Shown here: one piece after another, positions 9,149 through 20,904 of the stretch
Layout: every line of letters begins with the position of its first letter
How positions within the stretch are numbered: the first letter of the stretch is position 1
NCBI GenBank assembly: GCA_964450885.1
Contig: CAYVFE010000001.1
Span: 502,572-566,571 of the forward strand
Source of the DNA: an uncultured Gammaproteobacteria bacterium
GTDB taxonomy: Bacteria > Patescibacteriota > Microgenomatia > Levybacterales > GWA1-39-11
Reading direction: 5' to 3'
DNA length: 64,000 nucleotides
The notes under the pieces: model-generated
The model's input: the letters and a program-made list of their open reading frames with translations, nothing else
Database searches by the model: none
Told to the model about the DNA's origin: nothing
Position numbers and translations under genes: made by a program

Positions 9149-11340
9149 ATAAAAAAATATCGGTAATAATAGTTCACTACAACGTTAAAAAAGAGTTATT
9201 CGATTGCATAGAGTCTATTTATAAATCTAAACCGAGAGTAGATTTTGAAATAATTGTAGTGGATAACGACGAAGTAAAAATAATCGAAAAAGATTTGAGG
9301 AAAAAATTCTCAAAAGTAATTTATATCAAGAATAAAAATAACGGTTGGGGTGGAGGAGCCAACAAGGGGGTTAAGTATGCAAAAGGAGAATATCTCTATT
9401 TCTTAAATCCAGATACGATTTTTATGAACAATGCGCTTGATGCAATATATGATTTTGTCAAAAGAAAAAAAGATATAGGAATAGCATCGTCACTTTTATT
9501 TGACGAAGAAAAAAAAGTCTATCCACTCCAAGGTACAAAACTATTGAATCCTTTGAATGCAATATTCTCGCTTTCTTTCATAAATAAGTTTTTTCCGAAC
9601 AATCCGATATCAAAAAGATTCTGGATGAGAGGGAGAAGTAAAAAAGATATTTCAGAAGTTGAATCTTCCACGCTCAGTGCAGCTCTTATAAAAAAAGAAG
9701 TCTTTATAGAGGCTGGGAAGTTTGATGAGAACTACTTTTTGTATTATGAAGAATATGATCTCAGCAAAAGATTAAAGAGAATAGGATACAAGAATTTTAT
9801 AGTTCCTAGTTCGAAGGTTATTCATATATGGGAGGCAAGCGCCATAAAAACAGGAAGAACGAAAGAATTTATGGATAATAGCCGAAAGTACTACTTCAAG
9901 AAATATTATGGTTCTATATTAGGTAATCTAATCGAACTGGTTCTCGGACTTAATAAAAAAAATCTGCTTGTGTATTTATTTTTGTTGGGAATATTTTCGA
10001 TAGGAGCATATCTGCGGCTGAGCGCCTTGGATAAATATGTGCCATTCATCGGAGACCAGGCCTGGTTTTATTTATCGGCGCGAGACTTTATATTAACAGG
10101 TGAAATCCCTCTTTTGGGGATCACTTCTAGTCACACCTGGATACACCAAGGTGCGCTATGGACTTATTTACTAACTCCCGCTCTTTTTCTCTCGAGTTAC
10201 AATCCTATTTCGGGATTTTACCTTTCATCGCTGTTGGGAATATTAACAGTAGCTGTATCCTATAAGCTCGCTAGAGATTTTTTTTCAAGAACGTTTGGAC
10301 TAATATTTGCAGCTCTTATTGCCGTATCTCCTCTTGTAGTATTCCATTCAAGGTTTGCATATCACACAACACCAATACCTTTATTCGTTATCTTGTTATT
10401 TTATTCGATGAGTAAGTGGTTAAAGGGGAGTGTTAACTATTTTCCTATTGTACTTTTTTCAATGAATGTTCTTTATAACTTAGAGCTTGCTACAGTGATA
10501 TTCTGGCCAGTTATCATAGCGTATCTGTTATATGGATTCACAAGAAAGAAAGAATATGCATTAGGTTTAGTTAGAAAAAATATAGTATTTTGGTCTTTGT
10601 TGGCTTTGGTAATTCCAATGGTGCCAGTTCTAGTTCATGACTTGAAAAGCGGATTTCCTCAAACAGTAGTCTTTGGAGGATGGTTTGGATATAAACTGCT
10701 GCAATTTGTGGGTATTATTGAGAAAAGCGCGGTTGATGAGAGCTCAATTAGACTCGCTGTTAATTTTTTTATTGAAAAGCACAATCAGCTCTTTTTTACT
10801 TTTAATCAATACATATCTTTTGGAGTGTTTTTAGTAGCCATGGTAATTTCCTTTACAGTGTCTTTAAAAAGATCTTTGTTGTCCAATTTTGGAATAGTTT
10901 TCATGCTAACTTTCATGGGACTTTTGGCATACTTTATGTCAGGCGTACCCTCAGAAGCATATTTAGTTATGCTTTTTCCCGGACTGTTATTTATCCTGGC
11001 GTTTGCTATTTACCAACTTAGAAATAGAGTTCTAATCTCCATTGTGATGATGATTATTTTTGCTACAAATATTTATTATTTAATAACAACTAATTACCTT
11101 ACTATAGATACTGTTACTTTATCAGAAAAAATTTCTGCCTCTAAGGAGATTTTGGAACTAACAAACAGTAACGAATTAAATCTGATCTACAAAGGGTCTG
11201 GTGAGGAGTTTCAAAGCAGTAGAATGCCTTATGAATATCTAGTATGGTGGAGAAGTGGAATGAATCTATCTGAGGCGGGGAGAAAAGTATTGGTTACAGA
11301 GCAGGGAGGTAATATAATTATTAGTAGAATAAATGAGTAA
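9145..11340 (+). CDS. Fusion protein: N-terminal GT2 domain plus a C-terminal ~470 aa polytopic membrane (GT-C-like) domain.
   Basis: ISVIIVHYNVKKEL...IIVVDNDE...YFLNPDT (GT2), then about 12 TM helices. It overlaps the upstream gene by 4 nt. Confidence 0.65.
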   Translation: MNKKISVIIVHYNVKKELFDCIESIYKSKPRVDFEIIVVDNDEVKIIEKDLRKKFSKVIYIKNKNNGWGGGANKGVKYAKGEYLYFLNPDTIFMNNALDAIYDFVKRKKDIGIASSLLFDEEKKVYPLQGTKLLNPLNAIFSLSFINKFFPNNPISKRFWMRGRSKKDISEVESSTLSAALIKKEVFIEAGKFDENYFLYYEEYDLSKRLKRIGYKNFIVPSSKVIHIWEASAIKTGRTKEFMDNSRKYYFKKYYGSILGNLIELVLGLNKKNLLVYLFLLGIFSIGAYLRLSALDKYVPFIGDQAWFYLSARDFILTGEIPLLGITSSHTWIHQGALWTYLLTPALFLSSYNPISGFYLSSLLGILTVAVSYKLARDFFSRTFGLIFAALIAVSPLVVFHSRFAYHTTPIPLFVILLFYSMSKWLKGSVNYFPIVLFSMNVLYNLELATVIFWPVIIAYLLYGFTRKKEYALGLVRKNIVFWSLLALVIPMVPVLVHDLKSGFPQTVVFGGWFGYKLLQFVGIIEKSAVDESSIRLAVNFFIEKHNQLFFTFNQYISFGVFLVAMVISFTVSLKRSLLSNFGIVFMLTFMGLLAYFMSGVPSEAYLVMLFPGLLFILAFAIYQLRNRVLISIVMMIIFATNIYYLITTNYLTIDTVTLSEKISASKEILELTNSNELNLIYKGSGEEFQSSRMPYEYLVWWRSGMNLSEAGRKVLVTEQGGNIIISRINE

Positions 11341-12079
11341 GTTAACTGTCGTTATTATTACAAAAAATGAAGAATCAAATATAGATTCTTGTCTCAAGCA
11401 ATTAGTCTTTGCAGACGAAATAATATTGATTGATGATAATTCAACAGATAAAACTTTAGAGATTGCAAAAAAATATAAAGTAAAAGTTATTAGCAATAAA
11501 TTGTCTTCGTTTTCGCATCAAAGAAATTTAGCATTGGAGAGAGCATCAAATAGTTGGGTGCTATTTATTGATGCAGATGAAACAATAGATGAAAAGTTGA
11601 GAGAAGAGATTTTAGAAAGAATATCGGAAGAGACATACGATGGTTACTACATAAAACGAAAAGATATATTTTTAGGATACGAAATGAAGTATGGAGACTT
11701 AGAGGATGTACGGATTTTGCGACTTGGAAGAAAAAATAGCGGAATGTGGGAAGGAGATGTGCATGAAAAGTGGAGAATCAAGGGTAAAACATCAAATTTA
11801 AAAAATTCGCTAGGTCATCATTCTCACCAGAACCTGTTTCACTTTATAGATAAAATTAATTACTACTCGTCGATAAGAGCAAATGAATTAAAGCAAGGCA
11901 ATATAAAATCTTCTTTTCTGACGATTGCTCTTTATCCGATGTTTAAATTTGTAATACTATATTTTTCGAAAATGGGATTTAGAGATGGACTGCCGGGATT
12001 TATTCATGCACTTTTTATGAGTATGTATTCATTTTTAGTTCGTGGGAAGTTATATCTGCTATACAAGGATGAAAAGTAA
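11333..12079 (+). CDS. GT2 family glycosyltransferase (WaaE/KdtX-like small GT2).
   Basis: LTVVIITKNEESNI...ILIDDNSTDKT...LFIDADE. There is a C-terminal amphipathic/TM segment. The gene overlaps the upstream gene by 8 nt. Confidence 0.7.
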   Translation: MSKLTVVIITKNEESNIDSCLKQLVFADEIILIDDNSTDKTLEIAKKYKVKVISNKLSSFSHQRNLALERASNSWVLFIDADETIDEKLREEILERISEETYDGYYIKRKDIFLGYEMKYGDLEDVRILRLGRKNSGMWEGDVHEKWRIKGKTSNLKNSLGHHSHQNLFHFIDKINYYSSIRANELKQGNIKSSFLTIALYPMFKFVILYFSKMGFRDGLPGFIHALFMSMYSFLVRGKLYLLYKDEK

Positions 12080-12139
12080 AGATACTCTATTTTCTATATT
12101 TGCAGCTATTTTATTTTCTCTTTATCTATTACATTTATT

Positions 12140-13705
12140 ATGCAGGGTAGATTACTGTTTTTATTTGCCACTTTAATCGGATTATTTTCATATTCTGTTT
12201 TGGTGTTGGGATTGCTGGGTTCTATAAATAAAATCTCTGTTTTGTTTGTTACCATAGTGTTTTTTGGCATAATCTTTTATTCTTTTTTTAAACATCCGGA
12301 ATCTGTAAAAAGTCTATTTGTACAAGCTAAAAAAAATCTTTTTTATTTTTCTATACTTTTTGGTCTGGCACTGATCAATTTTGTTGGAATGTTAGGTCCT
12401 GAGCTGGGATTTGATGCTCTTTGGTATCATCTTGTTATCCCCAAGTTGTATGTAGCCAGTGGTGCGATTGAATTCATCCCCAACGGTCTACTTTACTATT
12501 CTGTAATGCCAAAGCTTATTGATATTTTATATATACCCGCCTTAATGTTTTCAGACGAGACTACAGCAAAATTTATACATTTTCTATTTGGTCTTTTAGC
12601 GACCATAGGAACTTATAAAATAGCAAATTTATTTTTAGATAAAAAGCTTTCTTATCTTGCAGCTGTGATATTCTATTCAAATCTGGTTGTAGGATGGCTG
12701 TCGATAACTGCTTATATAGACCTTGGTCGAACCTTTTTCGCAACGCTTTCGATTTATTTTTTTCTTCAATACTTTAAGTTAAGAGAGCCCAAATACTTAT
12801 TTGCGTCATCGATATTAGTTGGTCTTGAAATTAGTACTAAGCTATTGGGATTTTCGACACTAATTTCCCTATTCATCGTGCTTTTGATTTTTTCAACAAA
12901 AGCAACGATAGGTGACAAAATCAAGAATGGGTTATTATTCCTTGTTATCCCCATACTAATTAACGCTATCTGGTTCATCTTTGCCTATGTAAATACAGGG
13001 AACGCTTTTTATCCTTTCTTTTCTGAAATCTATCCATCAAAAATTCTAGCTTCAAGCATTAGCCCTATCATCATGAAAGATACTCTCGATTTATTTTTAT
13101 TCTCAGCTGATCCAATATCACCTATATATTTAATTGTTACACCGCTTTTGATCTTAATGTATAAGAAAATGTCCTATGAGATTAAGATAATTTGCGCTAT
13201 TTTGGTGATAAACCTTCTAATATGGAATTTCATACCGCAAAAGAACTCAAGATTTTTTCTACCATATTTACCTTTATTTTCAGCACTTGTTGTTTGGGTT
13301 ATAAGTGTATCAAGGGAGAGAATAAAAAAGACCTTATTAGTGGTAGTTTATTTAACAATAATTGTAAATTTAGTATATCGAGGTGTAGCTAATTTTAAAT
13401 ATTTACCGGTGATTTTAGGTTTGCAAACAAAAGAAGAGTTTTTGGTTAAGTATCTAAATTTTGACTATGGAGACTATATAGATGTTGGTAGTAGCGTAAA
13501 AAAAATTGTGGGAGAAAACAGGGTTCTGGTAAAAAATATCCACAATCTGTATTATGTAGATTTCCCCTTTGACCACGAGTCGTGGGAAAGAAAAATCAAT
13601 TATAAGTACATTTTAATTAGAGGTAATCTGAACAACAAAAAAGGATATAATCTAGTATATAGCGATCCAATAACGAATACGTATCTTTATGAGTCAGATA
13701 AATAG
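12140..13705 (+). CDS. Polytopic membrane protein, GT-C-like (ArnT/PMT-like).
   Basis: At least 12 TM helices and a periplasmic-loop aromatic/acidic motif (FDALWYH). No soluble catalytic domain is present. Confidence 0.4.
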   Translation: MQGRLLFLFATLIGLFSYSVLVLGLLGSINKISVLFVTIVFFGIIFYSFFKHPESVKSLFVQAKKNLFYFSILFGLALINFVGMLGPELGFDALWYHLVIPKLYVASGAIEFIPNGLLYYSVMPKLIDILYIPALMFSDETTAKFIHFLFGLLATIGTYKIANLFLDKKLSYLAAVIFYSNLVVGWLSITAYIDLGRTFFATLSIYFFLQYFKLREPKYLFASSILVGLEISTKLLGFSTLISLFIVLLIFSTKATIGDKIKNGLLFLVIPILINAIWFIFAYVNTGNAFYPFFSEIYPSKILASSISPIIMKDTLDLFLFSADPISPIYLIVTPLLILMYKKMSYEIKIICAILVINLLIWNFIPQKNSRFFLPYLPLFSALVVWVISVSRERIKKTLLVVVYLTIIVNLVYRGVANFKYLPVILGLQTKEEFLVKYLNFDYGDYIDVGSSVKKIVGENRVLVKNIHNLYYVDFPFDHESWERKINYKYILIRGNLNNKKGYNLVYSDPITNTYLYESDK

Positions 13706-14909
13706 AACTGCTTTTATACTATACATAGCCCTGACATGTTTTTTTCCATTAGGTGTTCTTGTTCGATTTACTCCAGTTGTAAACTTCAATATTTATCCAC
13801 AGGACGTTATAGTATGTGGAATTTTTCTACTAACTCTTTTTTCTTATTTTAAGAATAAGAAAAAGCACTACAAAACGCTTTTTTACTCAATCACAATTTT
13901 TAATGTGATAGCCATCCTTTCCTTAGTTATTAACATTTTCCGGCTAGATCAAAATGAACTATTTGTTTCCTTTTCTTATTTAATAAGATTGGATGCATAT
14001 ATTTCGTTGTTGTTTATAGGTTTATTTGGTTTTAGTAAATATAGAACAAGGATTTTAGGAAAATTATTCATGATTGCATCGTGTTTATTTATTATTTTTG
14101 GTTTTGCTCAATACTTTTTTTATAATAACTTGCGGAACTTGTATTACTTAGGTTGGGACGAGCATTTGTACAGACTTTTTTCTACATTTTTAGATCCTAA
14201 TTTTGCTGGAGTTCTTTTCGTTCTTATCGCATTGGTTTTTCTGGGAAAGATATTGGATAAGAATTCCCATAGCGCGGCGAGCCTAATGGTAGATATAGCC
14301 TTGATTATAGCTTCGGTTCTTGCAATTATTCTTACCTATTCTCGAACTGCACTAATAGCGCTTTTTGCGAGCGGACTCTTTTTTCTTACAATAAGAAGAA
14401 AAATTAAACTTTTAGTTATCTCGGTAGTAGTTTTGTTGACAGTAGCATTCTTAGTATCAGATTTTTCAGTCGAAGGAATGAATCCAATAAGAATAGCCTC
14501 ATCGGAAGCAAGAATACATTCAATGAATGAGGCGGTAGATATATTTACAGACAGTCCAATTTACGGAATAGGCTTTAATGCCTATAGATATTATCAGCAA
14601 GATAAAGGATTTAGAAAGGACACGCTATCTATTTCGAGCAATGCAGATGCCGGGACAGACAACAGTTTTCTTTTCATCTTAGCAACGACCGGAATCATTG
14701 GATTTATTGCTTATTTGAATATCTGGTTCGTAGTCTTAAAAAAGATAAGCAAAAAAGGCCCTGAAAAAAGTTATGTTTCTTATGCGATAATTATTGCACT
14801 ATTTACCGGGAGTTTATTTGTGAATGCTTTGTTCTATGCTCCTATAATGTTGTGGGTATTTTTATATTTAGGAAGACAGATAGATCCGGATGACAACTAT
14901 TCTTTGTAG
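13689..14909 (+). CDS. O-antigen ligase / polymerase family (WaaL/Wzy_C) membrane protein.
   Basis: Polytopic. It has a large periplasmic loop with a conserved R/H and the IYGIGFNAY (GxGxGxF-like) motif typical of the Wzy_C domain. Overlaps the upstream gene by 17 nt. Confidence 0.55.
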   Translation: MSQINRTAFILYIALTCFFPLGVLVRFTPVVNFNIYPQDVIVCGIFLLTLFSYFKNKKKHYKTLFYSITIFNVIAILSLVINIFRLDQNELFVSFSYLIRLDAYISLLFIGLFGFSKYRTRILGKLFMIASCLFIIFGFAQYFFYNNLRNLYYLGWDEHLYRLFSTFLDPNFAGVLFVLIALVFLGKILDKNSHSAASLMVDIALIIASVLAIILTYSRTALIALFASGLFFLTIRRKIKLLVISVVVLLTVAFLVSDFSVEGMNPIRIASSEARIHSMNEAVDIFTDSPIYGIGFNAYRYYQQDKGFRKDTLSISSNADAGTDNSFLFILATTGIIGFIAYLNIWFVVLKKISKKGPEKSYVSYAIIIALFTGSLFVNALFYAPIMLWVFLYLGRQIDPDDNYSL

Positions 14910-15628
14910 TCTACCTTGATTTCTTTTGAGGTTTTTATGCCTGCTTCGTTGGTTGCTTCTACAGTTATTGTATTTTCACCTTCGCTAAGTTCTAGCCTGT
15001 AAGAGTATTCACCCTCGCTATCAACAATCGCCCTAAAACCATTAACAGTAATAGAGTTATTAGGATCAGTCTTACCAGATACTGTAATTGTCTTATCTGC
15101 CTTAGTAAACGATGACTTGTCCGAAGGGGCACTTATCTCAAGTTCTGGCTTGTCTGAAGACCTCGTGATACTATAATCTTGGGAAAAATCACTTTCCTTA
15201 TCATCGAGAAAGTATTTTGCGTTTATGGTATTCTCGCCATTTCGAAGATCAATCCTTTTGAATTCAAAATTATTACTACCATCCAGCGATATGTCGTCTA
15301 CCTCTTTTTCGTTAACATATAATATAATTTTCCCCTCATTGTATGACGAACTGCCAGCGATATTAATTTGTGCACTTGATGTAGCGTTCTGGATTCCATT
15401 TAGGGTAGGTGCAGCAAGAAATTGCTCCTGCAGGATAGATTCGCTAGACTCTGTTTCATCTCCTCTGATACCAAATATTATGTTTCCAAATGCGCCGAGT
15501 AGGGCACCTGAAAATTGAATTAGTAGAAAAATTATAATAAGTGTTCCCAGACCAAAGAAAATAAATTGTTTCTTGCTCTGTTTTTCGGCGTATCTGGAAA
15601 GTCTAGACGATCTTATTCTTCTTGCCAT
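14897..15628 (-). CDS. Membrane-anchored surface protein: basic cytoplasmic tail, one TM helix, extracellular Ig-like beta domains.
   Basis: MARRIRSSRLSRYAEKQSKK, then a TM helix, then Ser/Thr/Asn-rich beta-strand repeats (ITVSGKTDPNNSITVNG..., TITVEATNEAG). Its 3-prime end overlaps the convergent ligase-like gene by 13 nt. Confidence 0.45.
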   Translation of the reverse strand: MARRIRSSRLSRYAEKQSKKQFIFFGLGTLIIIFLLIQFSGALLGAFGNIIFGIRGDETESSESILQEQFLAAPTLNGIQNATSSAQINIAGSSSYNEGKIILYVNEKEVDDISLDGSNNFEFKRIDLRNGENTINAKYFLDDKESDFSQDYSITRSSDKPELEISAPSDKSSFTKADKTITVSGKTDPNNSITVNGFRAIVDSEGEYSYRLELSEGENTITVEATNEAGIKTSKEIKVDYKE

Positions 15629-15631
15629 AAA

Positions 15632-16045
15632 TTACTGATACTTTTGTTTCTTCTTCATTTTATCAGCAACATGAAGCTCCATAATAGCTTTTTGGAGTTC
15701 TTTCTCTGCCATTGCGAAATCGACATCGCTTTCCCTCTTTCTCATAGTTTCCTCTGCGCGTTTTTTTGCCTCTTGGGCTCTGGCTGCCTGTATGTTCTCT
15801 GCTTTAATCAGGTGGTCAGAGAGTATAGTGACATTTCCGTCGCTCACTTCAACAAATCCGCCAACGGTCGCAATAATATTTTCTCTTGATCCCTTTCTGA
15901 TGCTTACGAGACCACTGCTCATTTTAGTGAAGAGAGAAATGTGATGGGGAAGGATAGTAATTTCTCCCTTTGGGGTTGGTAGAGAAATCTCATCAACAGT
16001 GTCCTGATAAATTGTTCCTTCAGGAGAAACTACGTTTAGATTCAT
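15632..16045 (-). CDS. atpC: F1 ATP synthase epsilon subunit.
   Basis: MNLNVVSPEG...EISLPTPKGEITILPHH matches the conserved epsilon N-terminal beta-sandwich. Last gene of the atp operon. Confidence 0.9.
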   Translation of the reverse strand: MNLNVVSPEGTIYQDTVDEISLPTPKGEITILPHHISLFTKMSSGLVSIRKGSRENIIATVGGFVEVSDGNVTILSDHLIKAENIQAARAQEAKKRAEETMRKRESDVDFAMAEKELQKAIMELHVADKMKKKQKYQ

Positions 16046-16047
16046 AG

Positions 16048-18323
<2,276 letters not shown>

Positions 18324-18326
18324 AAT

Positions 18327-19841
18327 TTATTTAAAGGTTTTTTTAAAGCTTTTTATTGCGTCATCAAGTTCTTTTTGGGTCTTATCATCGATTTTGTCAC
18401 CTTTTTTAAGCTTTTCGATAGTTTTTTTATTCTTTACCTTAAGGTAATCTATGAATTTATTCTCGAACTCTAATATTCTTTCAACTTCTACATCATCAAG
18501 TCCTCCAGATGTTGCTGCATATATAGAAACCGTTTCTGAAAGTTCGTCGAGGGGAGAGAATTGTGGTTGTTTCATGATTTCTGTAACTCGTTTTCCGCGC
18601 TCTATTTTTTTCTGAGTCTCTTCATCCAAGTCACTACCAAACTGTACAAAAGCAGCGAGGGATCTATATTGCGCAAGCTCCAGGCGGAGTGGGGCACCAA
18701 CTTGCTTCATGGCTTTTGTTTGAGCTGCGCCTCCAACACGGGAAACAGATTGACCGGCATTTATAGCAGGACGAATGCCGCTGTTAAATAGATCATTCTC
18801 GAGATAGATTTGTCCGTCAGTGATAGAAATAACGTTAGTTGGAATATACGCAGAGCTGTCGCCTGCCTGGGTTTCTATAATTGGAAGTGATGTAAGTGAT
18901 CCGCCACCTTCTGCTTCTGACATTCGTGAAGAACGCTCCAAAAGTCTTGAGTGAAGATAGAAAATATCTCCAGGATATGCCTCACGACCAGCAGGACGTC
19001 TCAAAAGAAGGGATAATTGTCTGTATGACCATGCGTGTTTTGACAAATCATCATAGACGACCAAGACGTCATGACCTTTTTCCATAAAGTATTCACCGAT
19101 TGCAGTAGCACTGAATGGAGCAAGGAATTGCAAAGCTGCGGGATCAGATGCGCTAGATGCAACAACAATCGTATAGTCCATAGCGCCTTCTTCTTCAAGC
19201 TTTCCAATGATTCGCGCAATATTGCTTCTCTTTTGACCTATGGCACAATATATACAGATAACCTGCTTTAGGCCTAAATCTTTCTTCTTCTGGTTTATGA
19301 TAGCATCTACTGCTATAGCTGTTTTACCGGTATTTCTGTCACCAATGATAAGCTCTCTTTGCCCTCTTCCGATAGGGATCATAGCATCGATTGCCTTTAT
19401 TCCTGTTTTGATGGGTGTATCTACAGGTTCACGCTCTACGATTCCGGGAGCGATTTTTTCGAGCAGATAGTCTTTGCCTTTTAGATTTAACTTTTTACCA
19501 TCGAGTGGGCTTTGAAGAGGGCTGACTACTCTTCCTATTAACTCATCAGTTCCTACAACAGATAGGATTTTCCCAGTGGATTTCACTTTGTCTCCTTCTT
19601 TTATAGAATAAGTATCCGATAAAAGGATAATCGAGGCGAAGTCTTCATCTAGGTTAAAAGCAAGACCAGTCGACTTGTCTTCGAATTCGACTATTTCCCC
19701 AAAGCCTACTCTTGAGAGTCCACTAACCTGGACAATGCCATCTCCGATTGACTCCACCTTTCCAACATTCTCGAATTTTGGATCCGAGGTTGTTGAAGTT
19801 AGTCTTTGTTCTATTTGTTTAATTAGATCTTCTGCTTTCAT
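18327..19841 (-). CDS. atpA: F1 ATP synthase alpha subunit.
   Basis: P-loop GDRNTGKT and a conserved alpha C-terminal domain. Confidence 0.97.
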   Translation of the reverse strand: MKAEDLIKQIEQRLTSTTSDPKFENVGKVESIGDGIVQVSGLSRVGFGEIVEFEDKSTGLAFNLDEDFASIILLSDTYSIKEGDKVKSTGKILSVVGTDELIGRVVSPLQSPLDGKKLNLKGKDYLLEKIAPGIVEREPVDTPIKTGIKAIDAMIPIGRGQRELIIGDRNTGKTAIAVDAIINQKKKDLGLKQVICIYCAIGQKRSNIARIIGKLEEEGAMDYTIVVASSASDPAALQFLAPFSATAIGEYFMEKGHDVLVVYDDLSKHAWSYRQLSLLLRRPAGREAYPGDIFYLHSRLLERSSRMSEAEGGGSLTSLPIIETQAGDSSAYIPTNVISITDGQIYLENDLFNSGIRPAINAGQSVSRVGGAAQTKAMKQVGAPLRLELAQYRSLAAFVQFGSDLDEETQKKIERGKRVTEIMKQPQFSPLDELSETVSIYAATSGGLDDVEVERILEFENKFIDYLKVKNKKTIEKLKKGDKIDDKTQKELDDAIKSFKKTFK

Positions 19842-19842
19842 A

Positions 19843-20190
19843 CTAAATTAAATGTAATCTGTCTTCGATCATTCCGCTCATAGTATAGTTAACTGTCATA
19901 TCATTGTCTAGGATAATAATTCCCCCACCTAATTTTTCATCCTTTTCATAGCTTACCGTCTTATTTTTATACATATTTTCTATTTCCTTTTTTATCTCAT
20001 TTGTCATGTTTCCGTCGAATTTGATGATTACCGATCTTTCCATATGTGTTTTTTTAAGTCTTCTCAGGAAAATCTTTAACTCTTTCTTGTTAAATTTTTG
20101 CAATACATAATTTGCTATTTTGACATCGACTTGACCTTTTGAGTCGATTGACTCGTTTGCAAGATTTTTAATAACTTGATTACTTATCAT
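19843..20190 (-). CDS. atpH: ATP synthase delta (OSCP) subunit, unusually short (115 aa).
   Basis: The OSCP C-terminal signature LGGGIIILDNDMTVNYTMSG is present. It overlaps atpF by 4 nt. Confidence 0.75.
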   Translation of the reverse strand: MISNQVIKNLANESIDSKGQVDVKIANYVLQKFNKKELKIFLRRLKKTHMERSVIIKFDGNMTNEIKKEIENMYKNKTVSYEKDEKLGGGIIILDNDMTVNYTMSGMIEDRLHLI

Positions 20191-20687
20191 AATGCCTTAA
20201 TCTTCTTAATGCTTCTTTTTAAGATTTCTTCCTTTTCTTTGCTAGTAAACAGGTCAGTAATTACGCTTTCAAGTATTTTCTGAGAGGCTTTCGCAGCAAT
20301 ACTTGAAATCTGTTTTTCTATCGCCTCTTTCTCTAGATTCGCTTGCTCTTTAGCGTTTTTGATAATCTTTTCAGATTCAGTTCTGGATTCTAGGAGCATA
20401 TTTTCACTTATGCTTTGGGCACTCTTTTTCGATTCATTTATAATCTTTTCAGCTTCTTTTGCGGCTTTATTTATGATTTCATCCTTTTTCTCCTCAGCAG
20501 AAATCATAGCCTTTTCAGCCTTTTCTGCATTCTCTAATCCTTTCTTGATCTCATCCTCCCGTTTTTTTACTGCACCAAGTAATGGTTTGTATAAAAACTT
20601 TTTAAATAGAAAGGCAAGTATTAGAAAATTTAGAATTTGTGCTACGAAAAGCTTTAGGTCGAATCCAAATTCCGATAGTATTTCCAT
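20187..20687 (-). CDS. atpF: Fo ATP synthase b subunit.
   Basis: An N-terminal TM helix followed by a long charged coiled coil. Confidence 0.85.
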   Translation of the reverse strand: MEILSEFGFDLKLFVAQILNFLILAFLFKKFLYKPLLGAVKKREDEIKKGLENAEKAEKAMISAEEKKDEIINKAAKEAEKIINESKKSAQSISENMLLESRTESEKIIKNAKEQANLEKEAIEKQISSIAAKASQKILESVITDLFTSKEKEEILKRSIKKIKAL

Positions 20688-20694
20688 AATTACT

Positions 20695-20904
<210 letters not shown>

